Shown here in pieces: positions 11,297 through 21,375 of a stretch of 64,000 nucleotides of DNA. Source of the stretch: Candidatus Goldiibacteriota bacterium (GTDB lineage: Bacteria; Oederibacteriota; PGYV01; DYJU01); assembly GCA_938034975.1 (NCBI GenBank), contig CALHNI010000001.1:17641-81640 (forward strand), in the 5' to 3' direction. The position numbers and the translations under genes are program-made. The notes under the pieces are model-generated. The model saw only the letters and a list, made by a program, of their open reading frames with translations. It was not told the origin of the DNA and made no database searches. Each line of letters starts with the position of its first letter. Within the stretch, counting starts at the first letter, position 1.

Positions 11297-11377
11297 TACT
11301 TTTATTCACCCGTTTTTTAATTTAAAATAAAACTCAAGTATTGTTTTAAATATTTTATTTCTTTAATAATATTTTTC
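11246..11377 (+). repeat. Dispersed element, copy 4 (hairpin A reduced, hairpin B absent)
   Basis: Palindrome TCGTAAAATTTTACGA, then TATAACGCATTACTTTTATTCACC, AAAATAAAAC, GTATTGTTTTAAATATTTTATT. Confidence 0.85.
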
Positions 11378-11812
11378 TCATTTTTCAAAATATATTATCT
11401 GCCCGGGAATAACTTCTTCTTTTTTATCCGGAAAATATTCTATGGCTTTTTCTGCTATTAAATTTATACCACCTGATAAACCAATTACGAATTCATTATT
11501 CTTAAATTTTTCAACCATGGCTTTAACTGCATTTATCCAGAAATTATCATTCACTTTTTCAGCAATGCCATCATCTCCAAAAATAACAATCTTTTTATCT
11601 TTAATGGAAACTACAAATAAAATATTATTTTTTAAATCAGAATCCCTTAAATTTAATTTGATAAAAATTTCCCGCGCTTTATTTAATGCATCTTTTCCTA
11701 TCTTTTTCATTATATAAATTCTAATTTTACATTTCGTTTGTTTTTCTATACTCTTTATCATATTATTCAATAGCGTTATTTCTTCCTCTTTTAAAAAATC
11801 TTTAAAATTCAT
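11378..11812 (-). CDS. TPM-domain (DUF477-type) protein
   Basis: IEKQTKCKIRI, NNILFVVSIKDKKIVIFGDDGI, FW, YFP; paired with the adjacent TPM gene. Confidence 0.85.
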   Translation of the reverse strand: MNFKDFLKEEEITLLNNMIKSIEKQTKCKIRIYIMKKIGKDALNKAREIFIKLNLRDSDLKNNILFVVSIKDKKIVIFGDDGIAEKVNDNFWINAVKAMVEKFKNNEFVIGLSGGINLIAEKAIEYFPDKKEEVIPGQIIYFEK

Positions 11813-12456
11813 ATTTCACCATTTACTTCCCTGTTTAATCTATCAAAAAATTGAACCATGAATCTATGTCTTTTTTCAGCCATTTTTTTACCAGTTTTTG
11901 TCTGCATTATATTTTTTATTTTTCTTAATTTATAAATATATTCCCGGTAAGCCGTATCTTCTCTTGTATATGGTTTTGTTTTATGTATATCTATATTCCT
12001 GTTATGTAATTTTGCACCAACCTCTCCTGCGAACAAAAAAGCCCGGCCTATACCAACCGCTCCTATCGCATCTAACTTATCTGCATCAAATAAAACTTTT
12101 GCTTCTTTTGTTTCAGGTTTTTTGCTTCCGCGAAATCTGTGAGTTTCAATGCAATGAACGATTTTTTTTATTTTATCAGGGTTAATTTTATATTCTTTTA
12201 ATAACTTAAATGCTTTTTTAGCTCCTTTTTCAGCATGGCATATTTTACCATTTTTTTTATCTTCATCTGCTCTGGCTATATCATGCAATATTGCAGCATA
12301 TTTTAATATTTCCATGTTAGCCTTTTCTTTTCTCCCGATTTTTAATGCAAGATTATATACTCTCTCCGTATGTTCCCAGTTATGTGAATTTTGGTTTTCC
12401 TCTATTATTTTTTTTACCCTGTTTTTTATAATTAAAAATAATTTTTTATTTTCCAT
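11809..12456 (-). CDS. HD-domain metal-dependent phosphohydrolase
   Basis: SHNWEHTERV, AILHDI, HRF, DADKLDAIGAVGIGR. Confidence 0.92.
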   Translation of the reverse strand: MENKKLFLIIKNRVKKIIEENQNSHNWEHTERVYNLALKIGRKEKANMEILKYAAILHDIARADEDKKNGKICHAEKGAKKAFKLLKEYKINPDKIKKIVHCIETHRFRGSKKPETKEAKVLFDADKLDAIGAVGIGRAFLFAGEVGAKLHNRNIDIHKTKPYTREDTAYREYIYKLRKIKNIMQTKTGKKMAEKRHRFMVQFFDRLNREVNGEI

Positions 12457-12504
12457 TTTTTTTATTTTACAGTTAAAAACTTAAAATGGCAATAAAAAAC
12501 ACAC

Positions 12505-12532
12505 TTGCAAAAACAGTTTAATTAAATATAAT
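12505..12532 (+). promoter_or_regulatory. Putative sigma70 promoter (TTGCAA-16-TATAAT) of PASTA-rpe-ffh
   Basis: Hexamers read directly; divergent TTGCCA-17-TAAAAT at 12464-12492 for the HD gene. Confidence 0.6.
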
Positions 12533-12571
12533 AAGAAAAGTATTTAATAAATATATTAAAAAGGTGTTTTT

Positions 12572-13528
12572 ATGGAAAAAGCAAATAAAGCATTTTTTTT
12601 TAAATTAATCATAGTTGGTTTTTTTATTTCAATAATTACCGCTTTATTTGTTATAAAACTTATCTTTTCATTAAGCACAATAACAATGCCTGATTTTACC
12701 GGTATTTCATTTGAAAATGCACAAAAGATATGTTCCAAATTAGCCCTTGAATTAAAAGTAGAAGATGAAATTTATAGCAATATTTATGAAAAAGGTATAG
12801 TTATTTCTCAAAATTTAAAACCAAAATCCAAAATAAAAAAAGGCAGGGTTGTCTATGTTATTTTAAGTAAAGGATCAAAATTAGTTACAACTCCGGATAT
12901 TACAAACACTTTAAAATCTAAAGCTATCATAGAAATAAAAAATAATGACCTTGATGAAGGATATGAATCAGTTATTTTTTCTCCAATTTATAAAGAAAAT
13001 TTTATCATAGCCCAGTATCCGCCACCTGGGGTTCAAATTCAGTTTAAATCAAGGATTAATTTTTTAAAAAGCGCAGGAGAAAAAAAACAATCTTTTTTAA
13101 TGCCGGATTTTTTAAATCAGAATATATTCAGTGTTTATAAAATATTATCATCTAAAAAAATTTTTTTAAATAAACTTATTATAGAAGATAATGAAAATTT
13201 TAACACAGGAACAATTATAAATCAGGAACCGCCATATGGTCATAAAATAAACTCTGATACTCAAATAATTTTAACAGCAACCAAAAAGCCATCTGATACT
13301 TTCCTAAAAAAAAGATTAATAAAAATAGTATATACATTAACAGAATCAAATGTTGCCAGATTGATTAAAATCAATGTTTTCAGTTTATCAGGTAATGAGA
13401 CCATCTTCAATGATGTCATTGAACCACAAAAAACAATATCGTTAAATACCAATGTGATAGGCGATGCTTACGTCCAGATTTTTATGGGTAATGAATTATT
13501 AAAAGAACTTGAATATAAATTAAAATGA
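12572..13528 (+). CDS. Membrane-anchored triple-PASTA-domain protein
   Basis: N-terminal TM; MPDFTG..VISQ, TPDITN..IIAQYPPPG, MPDFLN..IINQEPPYG. Confidence 0.88.
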   Translation: MEKANKAFFFKLIIVGFFISIITALFVIKLIFSLSTITMPDFTGISFENAQKICSKLALELKVEDEIYSNIYEKGIVISQNLKPKSKIKKGRVVYVILSKGSKLVTTPDITNTLKSKAIIEIKNNDLDEGYESVIFSPIYKENFIIAQYPPPGVQIQFKSRINFLKSAGEKKQSFLMPDFLNQNIFSVYKILSSKKIFLNKLIIEDNENFNTGTIINQEPPYGHKINSDTQIILTATKKPSDTFLKKRLIKIVYTLTESNVARLIKINVFSLSGNETIFNDVIEPQKTISLNTNVIGDAYVQIFMGNELLKELEYKLK

Positions 13529-13538
13529 AAGGTGCAAA

Positions 13539-14195
13539 ATGAAAAAAATAAAACTTTCTCCTTCAATTCTGGATTCTGATTTTACGCGTATAAAATATAC
13601 GATTAACTTGTTAAAAAAATCAAATGTTGACTTTATTCATTTTGACGTTATGGATGGAAACTTTGTTCCGAACTTAACTTTTGGTCCCAAATTTATATCA
13701 CAGATACGCAAACTTACGGATTTACCTTTTGATGTCCATCTTATGATAAAAAATCCTGAAAAATATATTGATGATTTTATTGATGCCGGTTCGGATTATA
13801 TAACTATACATTATGAAGCAACAAAAAATATAATCCCAATATTTAAAAAATTAAAAACAAAAAGAGTAAAAACCGGTATATCAATAAAACCCAAAACCGA
13901 TGTAAATAAAATAATTAATTATTTAAAATTTCTGGATTTAGTGCTTATAATGAGTGTTGAACCCGGGTTTGGTGGACAGAAATTTATGCCGGAAGTTTTA
14001 GATAAAATCAAAATTTTAAAAAAATTTAAAAAAAAATATGAATTTTTAATTTCAATAGATGGTGGAATAAATCCTGATACTGCTCCTTTGGCTTGTGATG
14101 CCGGGGTTGACATACTTGTTTCAGGCAGCGCTATTTTTAAATCAAAAAATCCAATTAAAATCATAAAAAAACTTTATAATATCTGCAAAAAATAA
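13539..14195 (+). CDS. rpe: Ribulose-phosphate 3-epimerase
   Basis: SPSILDSDF, HFDVMDGNFVPN, DVHLM, MSVEPGFGGQKF, IDGGI. Confidence 0.97.
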   Translation: MKKIKLSPSILDSDFTRIKYTINLLKKSNVDFIHFDVMDGNFVPNLTFGPKFISQIRKLTDLPFDVHLMIKNPEKYIDDFIDAGSDYITIHYEATKNIIPIFKKLKTKRVKTGISIKPKTDVNKIINYLKFLDLVLIMSVEPGFGGQKFMPEVLDKIKILKKFKKKYEFLISIDGGINPDTAPLACDAGVDILVSGSAIFKSKNPIKIIKKLYNICKK

Positions 14196-14198
14196 AAT

Positions 14199-15512
14199 AT
14201 GTTTGAAACAATATCTGCCAAAATAAGCAACCTGATTAAAAAAATAACAGGACAGGGTATAATAACCGAAAAAAATATTGAAAATATACTACATGATATA
14301 AAAATGGCTTTTTTGGAAGCAGATGTAAATTATAAGGTTACAAAGGAATTTATTGAAAAAGTAAAACAAAAAGCATTAGGTAAAAATGTTCTTAACTCCT
14401 TAACTTCTGAACAGCAATTTGTAAAAATAATTCATGACGAACTTGTTTCTTTTCTTGGAAATAAATTTAACGGTATCTCAAAAGAAAAACCAGTAACAAT
14501 ATTACTTGCCGGATTACAGGGATCCGGAAAAACAACAACCTCGGCTAAACTGGCTTTTTACATTAAAAATGAAAAAATAGCTGAAAAAATATTACTTGTT
14601 TCGCTTGACACAAAAAGAGCAGCAGCAAAAGAGCAGTTAAAAATTCTTGCAGATAAAAATAACTTCCTTTTTTATACTGAAAATAATGATGATTCTCTCC
14701 AAATTGCTGAAAATGCTTATAGATTTGGTTTAGATAAACTTTGTGATGCTATGATATTTGATACAGCAGGTACCCTCCATATAAATCAGGAACTGCTTTC
14801 TGAACTTAAAAAATTAAAAGAAAAAATAAAATTTTCCGAAATATTTTTAGTCGCTGATGCTATGCTTGGTCAGGAAGCAGTTAATATTGCAAAAAATTTT
14901 AACGAAATGCTTGGTCTGACAGGTATAATTCTTACCAAAACAGATGGCGATGCAAAAGGCGGGGCTGCACTTTCCATGAAATATGTAACTTCGGTTCCTG
15001 TAAAATTTATAGGCACAGGGGAAAAAATTGATAAACTTGATATTTTTCATCCTGATAGAATTGCTTCTGCTATTCTTGGCATGGGCGACATAGTATCACT
15101 CGTAGAAAAAGTAGAAAAAACTATTTCAGAAGAAGAAAGAAAAAAACAATTTGAAAAATTAAAAAAAGCATCCTTTACTTTTGATGATTTTTTAATACAA
15201 TTAAAACAACTTCAGAATATCGGACCTTTACAGGATTTAATTAAAATGTTACCCGGTGGTTATAACCTTCCAAATATAAATATAGATGAAAAAGACATAA
15301 AACACATAGAAGCAATAATACTTTCTATGACAAAAAAAGAACGGTTAATGCCGGAAATCATAAATGAGAGCCGAAAATCAAGAATAGCACGCGGAAGCGG
15401 AACAAGTTATGAAAAAGTAAATAAACTTTTAAAACAATTTTCACAGATGAAAAAATTTTTGAAAAAATCCTCCGGTAAAAATTTTAATCCTTTTAAAAAT
15501 TTTTATTTTTGA
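14199..15512 (+). CDS. ffh: Signal recognition particle protein Ffh
   Basis: LEADV, GLQGSGKTT, DTAG, TKTDGDAKGG, M-domain SRIARGSG. Confidence 0.97.
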   Translation: MFETISAKISNLIKKITGQGIITEKNIENILHDIKMAFLEADVNYKVTKEFIEKVKQKALGKNVLNSLTSEQQFVKIIHDELVSFLGNKFNGISKEKPVTILLAGLQGSGKTTTSAKLAFYIKNEKIAEKILLVSLDTKRAAAKEQLKILADKNNFLFYTENNDDSLQIAENAYRFGLDKLCDAMIFDTAGTLHINQELLSELKKLKEKIKFSEIFLVADAMLGQEAVNIAKNFNEMLGLTGIILTKTDGDAKGGAALSMKYVTSVPVKFIGTGEKIDKLDIFHPDRIASAILGMGDIVSLVEKVEKTISEEERKKQFEKLKKASFTFDDFLIQLKQLQNIGPLQDLIKMLPGGYNLPNINIDEKDIKHIEAIILSMTKKERLMPEIINESRKSRIARGSGTSYEKVNKLLKQFSQMKKFLKKSSGKNFNPFKNFYF

Positions 15513-16291
15513 TTTTTATATGGAGAATTAGGTATTGAACAAAGTAAATTTTTGGTATAATCACTTTTCGGGTTTAAAAATATTGTATCTGTTTTACCTG
15601 ACTCTATAATTTTCCCATCTTTCATCACAATAACATAATCAGCAAGATTATATACAATTCTTAAATCATGAGTAATAATCAGAATAGTTATTTTATCCTT
15701 TAAATTTAATTCTAAAAATAATTGTAAAATCTGCGCCTGAACAGAAACATCAAGATTGGATACAGGTTCATCAGCAATTAACAACTTAGGCTCCATTGTC
15801 AAAGCCCGCGCAATTACTATCCTCTGCCTCTGACCTCCTGATAATTCATGTGGATAATTTTTAATAAAATTTTCATTTAATCCGACTTTTTTTAAAAATT
15901 CTTTTACCTTTTCTTTTAATTTTTCTCCGCTTAAATTGAAATGATATCTAATTGGTTCTGCCAATATATCTCCTGTTTTTATTCTCGGATTTAACGAACC
16001 ATAAGTGTCCTGAAATATATATTGAATTTTTCTTCTTTTTTCTTTTGTTGAAAAATCCAGTAGTTTCCCTTCAAAAAATATTTCCCCTTCATCCGGAATT
16101 TCAATACCGGCAATACATCTGGCAAGAGTTGTTTTACCTGAGCCGCTTTCACCTACTATGGCAGCAATTTGCCCTTTTTTTATGCTAAAAGAAACACCAT
16201 CAACCGCTTTAACAATTTTTTCTTTTTCTGAAAAAATTTTTTCTATACTGAAATATTTTTTTAAATTATTCACTTGTAATATTTTTATCAT
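15503..16291 (-). CDS. oppF: Oligopeptide ABC transporter ATPase (OppF/DppF); start moved to MIKILQV
   Basis: KAVDGVSF, GESGSGKT, YPHELSGGQRQR, ADEP. Confidence 0.88.
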   Translation of the reverse strand: MIKILQVNNLKKYFSIEKIFSEKEKIVKAVDGVSFSIKKGQIAAIVGESGSGKTTLARCIAGIEIPDEGEIFFEGKLLDFSTKEKRRKIQYIFQDTYGSLNPRIKTGDILAEPIRYHFNLSGEKLKEKVKEFLKKVGLNENFIKNYPHELSGGQRQRIVIARALTMEPKLLIADEPVSNLDVSVQAQILQLFLELNLKDKITILIITHDLRIVYNLADYVIVMKDGKIIESGKTDTIFLNPKSDYTKNLLCSIPNSPYKNQK

Positions 16292-16299
16292 TTTATCTT

Positions 16300-17265
16300 T
16301 CAACCTTTTAAAGGATAAAAACATTTTACATAATTTTTCCCTACTCGGACAACTTCCGGTTGATACCGTCTGCATTTTGCCTTTGAAAATTCGCACCTGC
16401 CGGAAAAACTACAATTTTTAAAATTTTCTTTCATATCAGGGAATTCACCTTTTATTACCTTGAATTTTTTTATTTTCTTTTTAATATCGGGAATTATTTC
16501 AAATAATGCTTTTGTGTAGGGATGATGCGCATCCTTTGCTGATCTTATAAATCCATCTTCCACAATTTCACCTGCATATATAACTACAATTCTTTCACAT
16601 AACTCCAAAGCAAGATGTAAATCATGAGTTATAAGTATGGTTGTAAGATTTCTTTTAATTTTTAATTTTTTTAAAAGTTCAATTATCTGCGCCTGCACAG
16701 TAACATCAAGAGAAGTTGTGGGTTCATCAGCAACAAGTATTTCTGGTGATAAACTTAAAGCAATTGCAATCATAACTCTCTGTTGTAATCCACCTGATAA
16801 CTGGTGCGGATAGGATTCATAAACTCTTTTTTCATCTTTTATCCCAACTTCTTTCAAAAGATTTAGTCCAATATTTTTTAAAACATCTTTATTGCTTATT
16901 TTCTCCCTTATTTTGATTGTTTCTTCTATCTGCTCTTTGATACTAAAAACTGGATTCAATGATGCTCCTGGCTCCTGAAAAATCATGCCAATTTTTTTTC
17001 CACGTATATCCAATAACTGTTGATTATTTTTGTCTAAAATTTCTTCATTATCTATTTTGATTGAGCCAAAAATTTCTGCATTTTCTGGCAAAAGTTTAAT
17101 CATGGAAACTGCAAGTGTTGATTTTCCACAACCGGATTCTCCGACTACAGCTACTGTTTCACCTTTTTTTATATTTAAATTTATATTTTTCAATGCATAT
17201 ATTTTTTCATTAGATGAGATTTTATAATTAACACATAAATCTTTTATCTCAATAATATTCCTCAT
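16300..17265 (-). CDS. oppD: Oligopeptide ABC transporter ATPase (OppD/DppD)
   Basis: GESGCGKS, YPHQLSGG, DEPTT, HPYT, C-terminal Cys cluster. Confidence 0.9.
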   Translation of the reverse strand: MRNIIEIKDLCVNYKISSNEKIYALKNINLNIKKGETVAVVGESGCGKSTLAVSMIKLLPENAEIFGSIKIDNEEILDKNNQQLLDIRGKKIGMIFQEPGASLNPVFSIKEQIEETIKIREKISNKDVLKNIGLNLLKEVGIKDEKRVYESYPHQLSGGLQQRVMIAIALSLSPEILVADEPTTSLDVTVQAQIIELLKKLKIKRNLTTILITHDLHLALELCERIVVIYAGEIVEDGFIRSAKDAHHPYTKALFEIIPDIKKKIKKFKVIKGEFPDMKENFKNCSFSGRCEFSKAKCRRYQPEVVRVGKNYVKCFYPLKG

Positions 17266-17269
17266 CTTT

Positions 17270-18076
17270 TTACTCTTTTTTCAGTTTGGGATTAAAAAGA
17301 TCTCTTAATCCCTCTCCTAAAAGATTTAATGAAAAAACTGTTAAAAATATGGCAACACCAGGAAACAAAATAAGCCACCACGCGGTATGTATGTAATCTT
17401 TTCCAGACATTAAAATGTTACCCCAGCTTGGATATGGGGGTTGAACACCCAAACCTAAAAATGAGAGTCCTGATTCTATTAAAATTGCACCAGATATACC
17501 AAAAACAATATATACAAGAATCGGGCCCAATGTATTTAAAATAATATATTTAAAAATTATAACTCTTTTGGGTAATCCAATAAGTTTTGCAGATTCAATA
17601 AATGCAGAATTTTTTATTTTAAGAACCTCGGCTCTTACTATCCTTGCTATATCTGTCCAGGATGTAAGTCCAATTATGATAATGATGTTTATAATAGATG
17701 GCCCAAGATAAACAATAAGCATAAGTATTAAAAACAATACAGGTATGGTAAGTATTATATCTACTATGCGCATCATTATATTATCCAAAACACCACCCAA
17801 ATAACCTGAAACAGCACCATATAATACTCCAATAAAAGTTGCAATTATAACTGCTAACAGCCCGACACTCAATGATACTCTTGCACCATATAACATTCTT
17901 GTAAAAACATCTCTTCCCAATTCATCTGTCCCAAAAATATGCTTTAAAGAAGGGGGCTGTAATCTTAAACTTATATCCTGGGTTTTATAATCATAACTTG
18001 ATATAAAAGGTGCAAATATGGCCAAAATTATAAAAAAAATTAACACTATAAGTCCTGTCCAAATCATTTTTTTCAT
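17270..18076 (-). CDS. oppC: Oligopeptide ABC permease (OppC/DppC)
   Basis: HIFGTDELGRD, GLSFLGLGVQPP, WW. Confidence 0.9.
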   Translation of the reverse strand: MKKMIWTGLIVLIFFIILAIFAPFISSYDYKTQDISLRLQPPSLKHIFGTDELGRDVFTRMLYGARVSLSVGLLAVIIATFIGVLYGAVSGYLGGVLDNIMMRIVDIILTIPVLFLILMLIVYLGPSIINIIIIIGLTSWTDIARIVRAEVLKIKNSAFIESAKLIGLPKRVIIFKYIILNTLGPILVYIVFGISGAILIESGLSFLGLGVQPPYPSWGNILMSGKDYIHTAWWLILFPGVAIFLTVFSLNLLGEGLRDLFNPKLKKE

Positions 18077-18117
18077 ATAAATTCCTCATCCATTAAAAAC
18101 CAACATATTTCTTTTTA

Positions 18118-19089
18118 CTATTTATATCTTATTCTAGGATCAATCAATGCATATGAAATATCAGCAAGCAGATTGCCTAACAAAGTCAAAAATGCAGCCA
18201 TTGTTACAACTCCCATAATAACAGGGTAATCAAAATTAACAGCTGCTTCATAAGCCAACCTGCCCATTCCTGGCCAAGCAAAAATTGTTTCAAATATAAA
18301 ACTACCACCTATAAGTCCTGGCAAAGAAAGTCCAAGTAAGGTAATTACCGGTAATAAACTGTTTTTTAATGCATGTTTGTAAATTATAATATTTTCAGGC
18401 ATTCCTTTTGCATAAGATGCTTTTATAAATTGCTGATTTATAGTTTCAATCATACTGTTTTTTACATATCTTGAGATATATGCGAGCCCGCCAAAAGCAG
18501 TTATAAAAACAGGTAAAAGTAAATGCTTTAAAATATCAATTATTTTTTCTCCTGTATTTAAAAAATCAAAATTAACTGACTTTAGACCTGAAATTGGCAG
18601 TAAGTTTAACTTAACACCAAATATGAACATTAAAATTAAAGCAAGCCAGAACGATGGCATAGAATATCCCATAAAAGTAATAACAGTTATACTTTTGTCA
18701 TAAAAAGAATTTCTTTTTAATGCAGATGTAACCCCAAGAATTATACCTATAAAAAATTCTAAAATCAAAGCAGATATATTAAGTAAAAGTGTGGCTGGTA
18801 ATCTTTCTGCAACTTTTATAAGCACTGGTCTTCCGTCAAGGAAAGAATTTCCAAAATCAAAAAAAATAAATCTCTTAAGCCATTTTAAATATTGTATATA
18901 TAACGGCTCATCAAGTCCATAAAGAGATTTTAATCTCGCAATAGAATCAGGCGATGTCCTTATGTCCATCTGGAGATTTACAGTTGTAAATCCGCCTGGG
19001 GTTAAATGAATTATAGAAAAAGTTATCAGTGTAATACCAAAAAGAATAGGAACAAGCAGTAACAATCTTTTTATTATATAATTTCTCAT
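18118..19089 (-). CDS. oppB: Oligopeptide ABC permease (OppB/DppB)
   Basis: YIIKRLL, GLDEPLYIQY, KHALKN, ETIFAWPGMG. Confidence 0.9.
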   Translation of the reverse strand: MRNYIIKRLLLLVPILFGITLITFSIIHLTPGGFTTVNLQMDIRTSPDSIARLKSLYGLDEPLYIQYLKWLKRFIFFDFGNSFLDGRPVLIKVAERLPATLLLNISALILEFFIGIILGVTSALKRNSFYDKSITVITFMGYSMPSFWLALILMFIFGVKLNLLPISGLKSVNFDFLNTGEKIIDILKHLLLPVFITAFGGLAYISRYVKNSMIETINQQFIKASYAKGMPENIIIYKHALKNSLLPVITLLGLSLPGLIGGSFIFETIFAWPGMGRLAYEAAVNFDYPVIMGVVTMAAFLTLLGNLLADISYALIDPRIRYK

Positions 19090-19139
19090 TTCAAAATATT
19101 TTTACTCAACAAGTAAAAACCAAAAATATCAATTAATTT

Positions 19140-20396
19140 TTATCCTTTAAGACCGCTTGTTGCAACTCCTTCTATAAAATATCTCTGCCCAACAAAGAAC
19201 ACTATAAGAACAGGCAATAAAACTATCGTTGAAGCTGCCATCATTAGATGATAATACGAGCCATACATTGTTGTAAATGTTTGTAAACCCAAAGCAAGCG
19301 TATATTTTGATGAACTGTTAAGATAAATAAGTGGATTTAAAAAATCATTCCAGTTATATACAAAACCAAATATGGCAACAGTAATCAATGCCGGCTTAAC
19401 AAGCGGCAATAAAATTATATAGAGTATCTGGAAATAATTGCAGCCGTCTATTTTAGCTGCATCATCAAGTTCATAAGGTATTGTCATAAAAAATTGTCTT
19501 ATAAGAAAAATATTAAATGCTCCTCCACCAAAAAATGTAGGAACAATTAAAGGTGCAAAAGTATCTATCCATCCCAAATATTTAAAAAGTATAAAAGTAG
19601 GTATCATTGTAACCTGGACCGGTATCATCATAGTGCTTATCATGAGTAAAAACAAAGGGTCTCTTAAAGGAAATCTGAAACGTGCAAATCCATAAGCTAC
19701 AAATGTTGAACTTAATACAACGCCAATTATTGCAGATACAGTTATTATAATTGTATTTAATAGATATGTATTAAAAGTTTCATTCAAAGCCTTTGGTGCC
19801 CATGCTTCCAGGTAATTTCTCCATTGTGGTAAAATTGTTGCTAAATGCTGTCCAACTTTAACTTTTTGCCCTTCCTTAACTTTTAATCTTATTCCTTTTG
19901 GAAGATTATATTCCTGGATTGTAAGATCTGCTTTTGAAACAATCCTTAAAATTGTTGTCCCATCAGCATTATTAATAATTTTCACAATACCGGTTTCAGG
20001 TAATTCAGCAGCAACGTCTCCTGATTTTATTAACTGTTTATCTTTAACAAGCAAAGTCCCGACCGCCGGAACTACAACAGAACTTGCCACTTTACCATCT
20101 TTTATTATATCAATAATTTTGCTACCTTCTTCTCCTTTTGAAATAATAACCCTACCACTTGCTTTGGCAATTAATTTAGTTTCATAATCAAGTTTAATAT
20201 GGGAAATCGGTATCCATTTTGGTGGAATAGTAAAAATTTCAGTTGGAGTTTTTAATGAAGTGGTTATCATCCATACAAGTGGCACAACAAAAATACAAGC
20301 TCCTGCCCATGCAATTATGAAAAGTATTAAACTGATTATTCTCTCCTGCCTTTTTTTGCTTGCCCAAAAACCGGCATTTTTTGATGTATAATCCAT
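19140..20396 (-). CDS. CUT1 sugar ABC permease (MalG-like) with a ~125-aa extracytoplasmic insertion
   Basis: AYGFARFRFP, EAA-like ELDDAAKIDG, WNDF; insert between PPKWIP and QWRNY. Confidence 0.9.
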   Translation of the reverse strand: MDYTSKNAGFWASKKRQERIISLILFIIAWAGACIFVVPLVWMITTSLKTPTEIFTIPPKWIPISHIKLDYETKLIAKASGRVIISKGEEGSKIIDIIKDGKVASSVVVPAVGTLLVKDKQLIKSGDVAAELPETGIVKIINNADGTTILRIVSKADLTIQEYNLPKGIRLKVKEGQKVKVGQHLATILPQWRNYLEAWAPKALNETFNTYLLNTIIITVSAIIGVVLSSTFVAYGFARFRFPLRDPLFLLMISTMMIPVQVTMIPTFILFKYLGWIDTFAPLIVPTFFGGGAFNIFLIRQFFMTIPYELDDAAKIDGCNYFQILYIILLPLVKPALITVAIFGFVYNWNDFLNPLIYLNSSSKYTLALGLQTFTTMYGSYYHLMMAASTIVLLPVLIVFFVGQRYFIEGVATSGLKG

Positions 20397-20422
20397 TAAT
20401 AATACCTCCGTATTATTTTTTT

Positions 20423-21349
20423 CTATTTTTTTAATTCACCTTCATAGTATACCCATTTTGAAAATTTAAATTGAAGCATTGTAGCAATAAGAATTATTAT
20501 AAAAAGTATCCAGGCGAGTGCTGAAGCATAACCCATCTGGTGAAATTTAAATGCTTTCTGATATATATATAAAACAAGAACCAGTGTTGAATCTGCAGGA
20601 CCACCCTGCCCCTGCGTCATAACATAAACCTGTGTAAATATCTGGAATGACCATACAATACTCATTATAAGATTAAAAAATATTACAGGAGAAAGCATAG
20701 GCAGAGTTATATTCCAGAACTTTTGAAATATATTAGCACCATCAATTTCAGCTGCTTCATACAGTTGCCTTGGTATACCTTGAAGTCCTGCTAGATAAAT
20801 TATCATGTTACCACCAACTCCCCATAAACTCATTATAATAAGGGCTGGTTTTGACCATTCTTCGCTTGCAAGCCATAAAGGTCCTTTTATACCTAATTTA
20901 CCAAGAAAATAGTTAATAAGTCCAAAGTCCGGATTAAAAAGCCACATCCATATAATTGCTGATGCAACACCTGCTGTGACAGACGGCAAATAATAAATGG
21001 TTCTTAATAACCTTACTGATTTCCATTTCTGATTCATAAGTAAAGCAACTATAATTGAACCAACAATACCTATTGGAACTGCAAAAATTGTATAATAAAA
21101 GGTATTGTATAAACTTTTCCAGAATTTAGGGTCACTCATTATTTTTATAAAATTATCCATTCCAACAAACTGTGGCGGTGTTATCAAATCCCACTTGCAA
21201 AAAGCAAGAACCAAAGATGCAATTATAGGGCCACCAACAAAAAATATCATCCCAAGTATCCACGGCATAAGAAAAACATAACCCCATATTGCTTCATGTG
21301 TGCTCATTTTAAGATATGGTTTTTTAATTTTCCTGGAAGCAACTTCCAT
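20423..21349 (-). CDS. CUT1 sugar ABC permease (MalF/UgpA-like)
   Basis: FVGMDNF, YLAGLQGIPRQLYEAAEIDGA, GYASA. Confidence 0.92.
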   Translation of the reverse strand: MEVASRKIKKPYLKMSTHEAIWGYVFLMPWILGMIFFVGGPIIASLVLAFCKWDLITPPQFVGMDNFIKIMSDPKFWKSLYNTFYYTIFAVPIGIVGSIIVALLMNQKWKSVRLLRTIYYLPSVTAGVASAIIWMWLFNPDFGLINYFLGKLGIKGPLWLASEEWSKPALIIMSLWGVGGNMIIYLAGLQGIPRQLYEAAEIDGANIFQKFWNITLPMLSPVIFFNLIMSIVWSFQIFTQVYVMTQGQGGPADSTLVLVLYIYQKAFKFHQMGYASALAWILFIIILIATMLQFKFSKWVYYEGELKK

Positions 21350-21375
21350 AAAATTCCTCCGTTTTTTATTTTAAA

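Noticed and set aside
16292-16396. ORF-track N-terminal extension of oppF
   Set aside because: Overlaps the oppD 3' end; family similarity starts at MIKILQV
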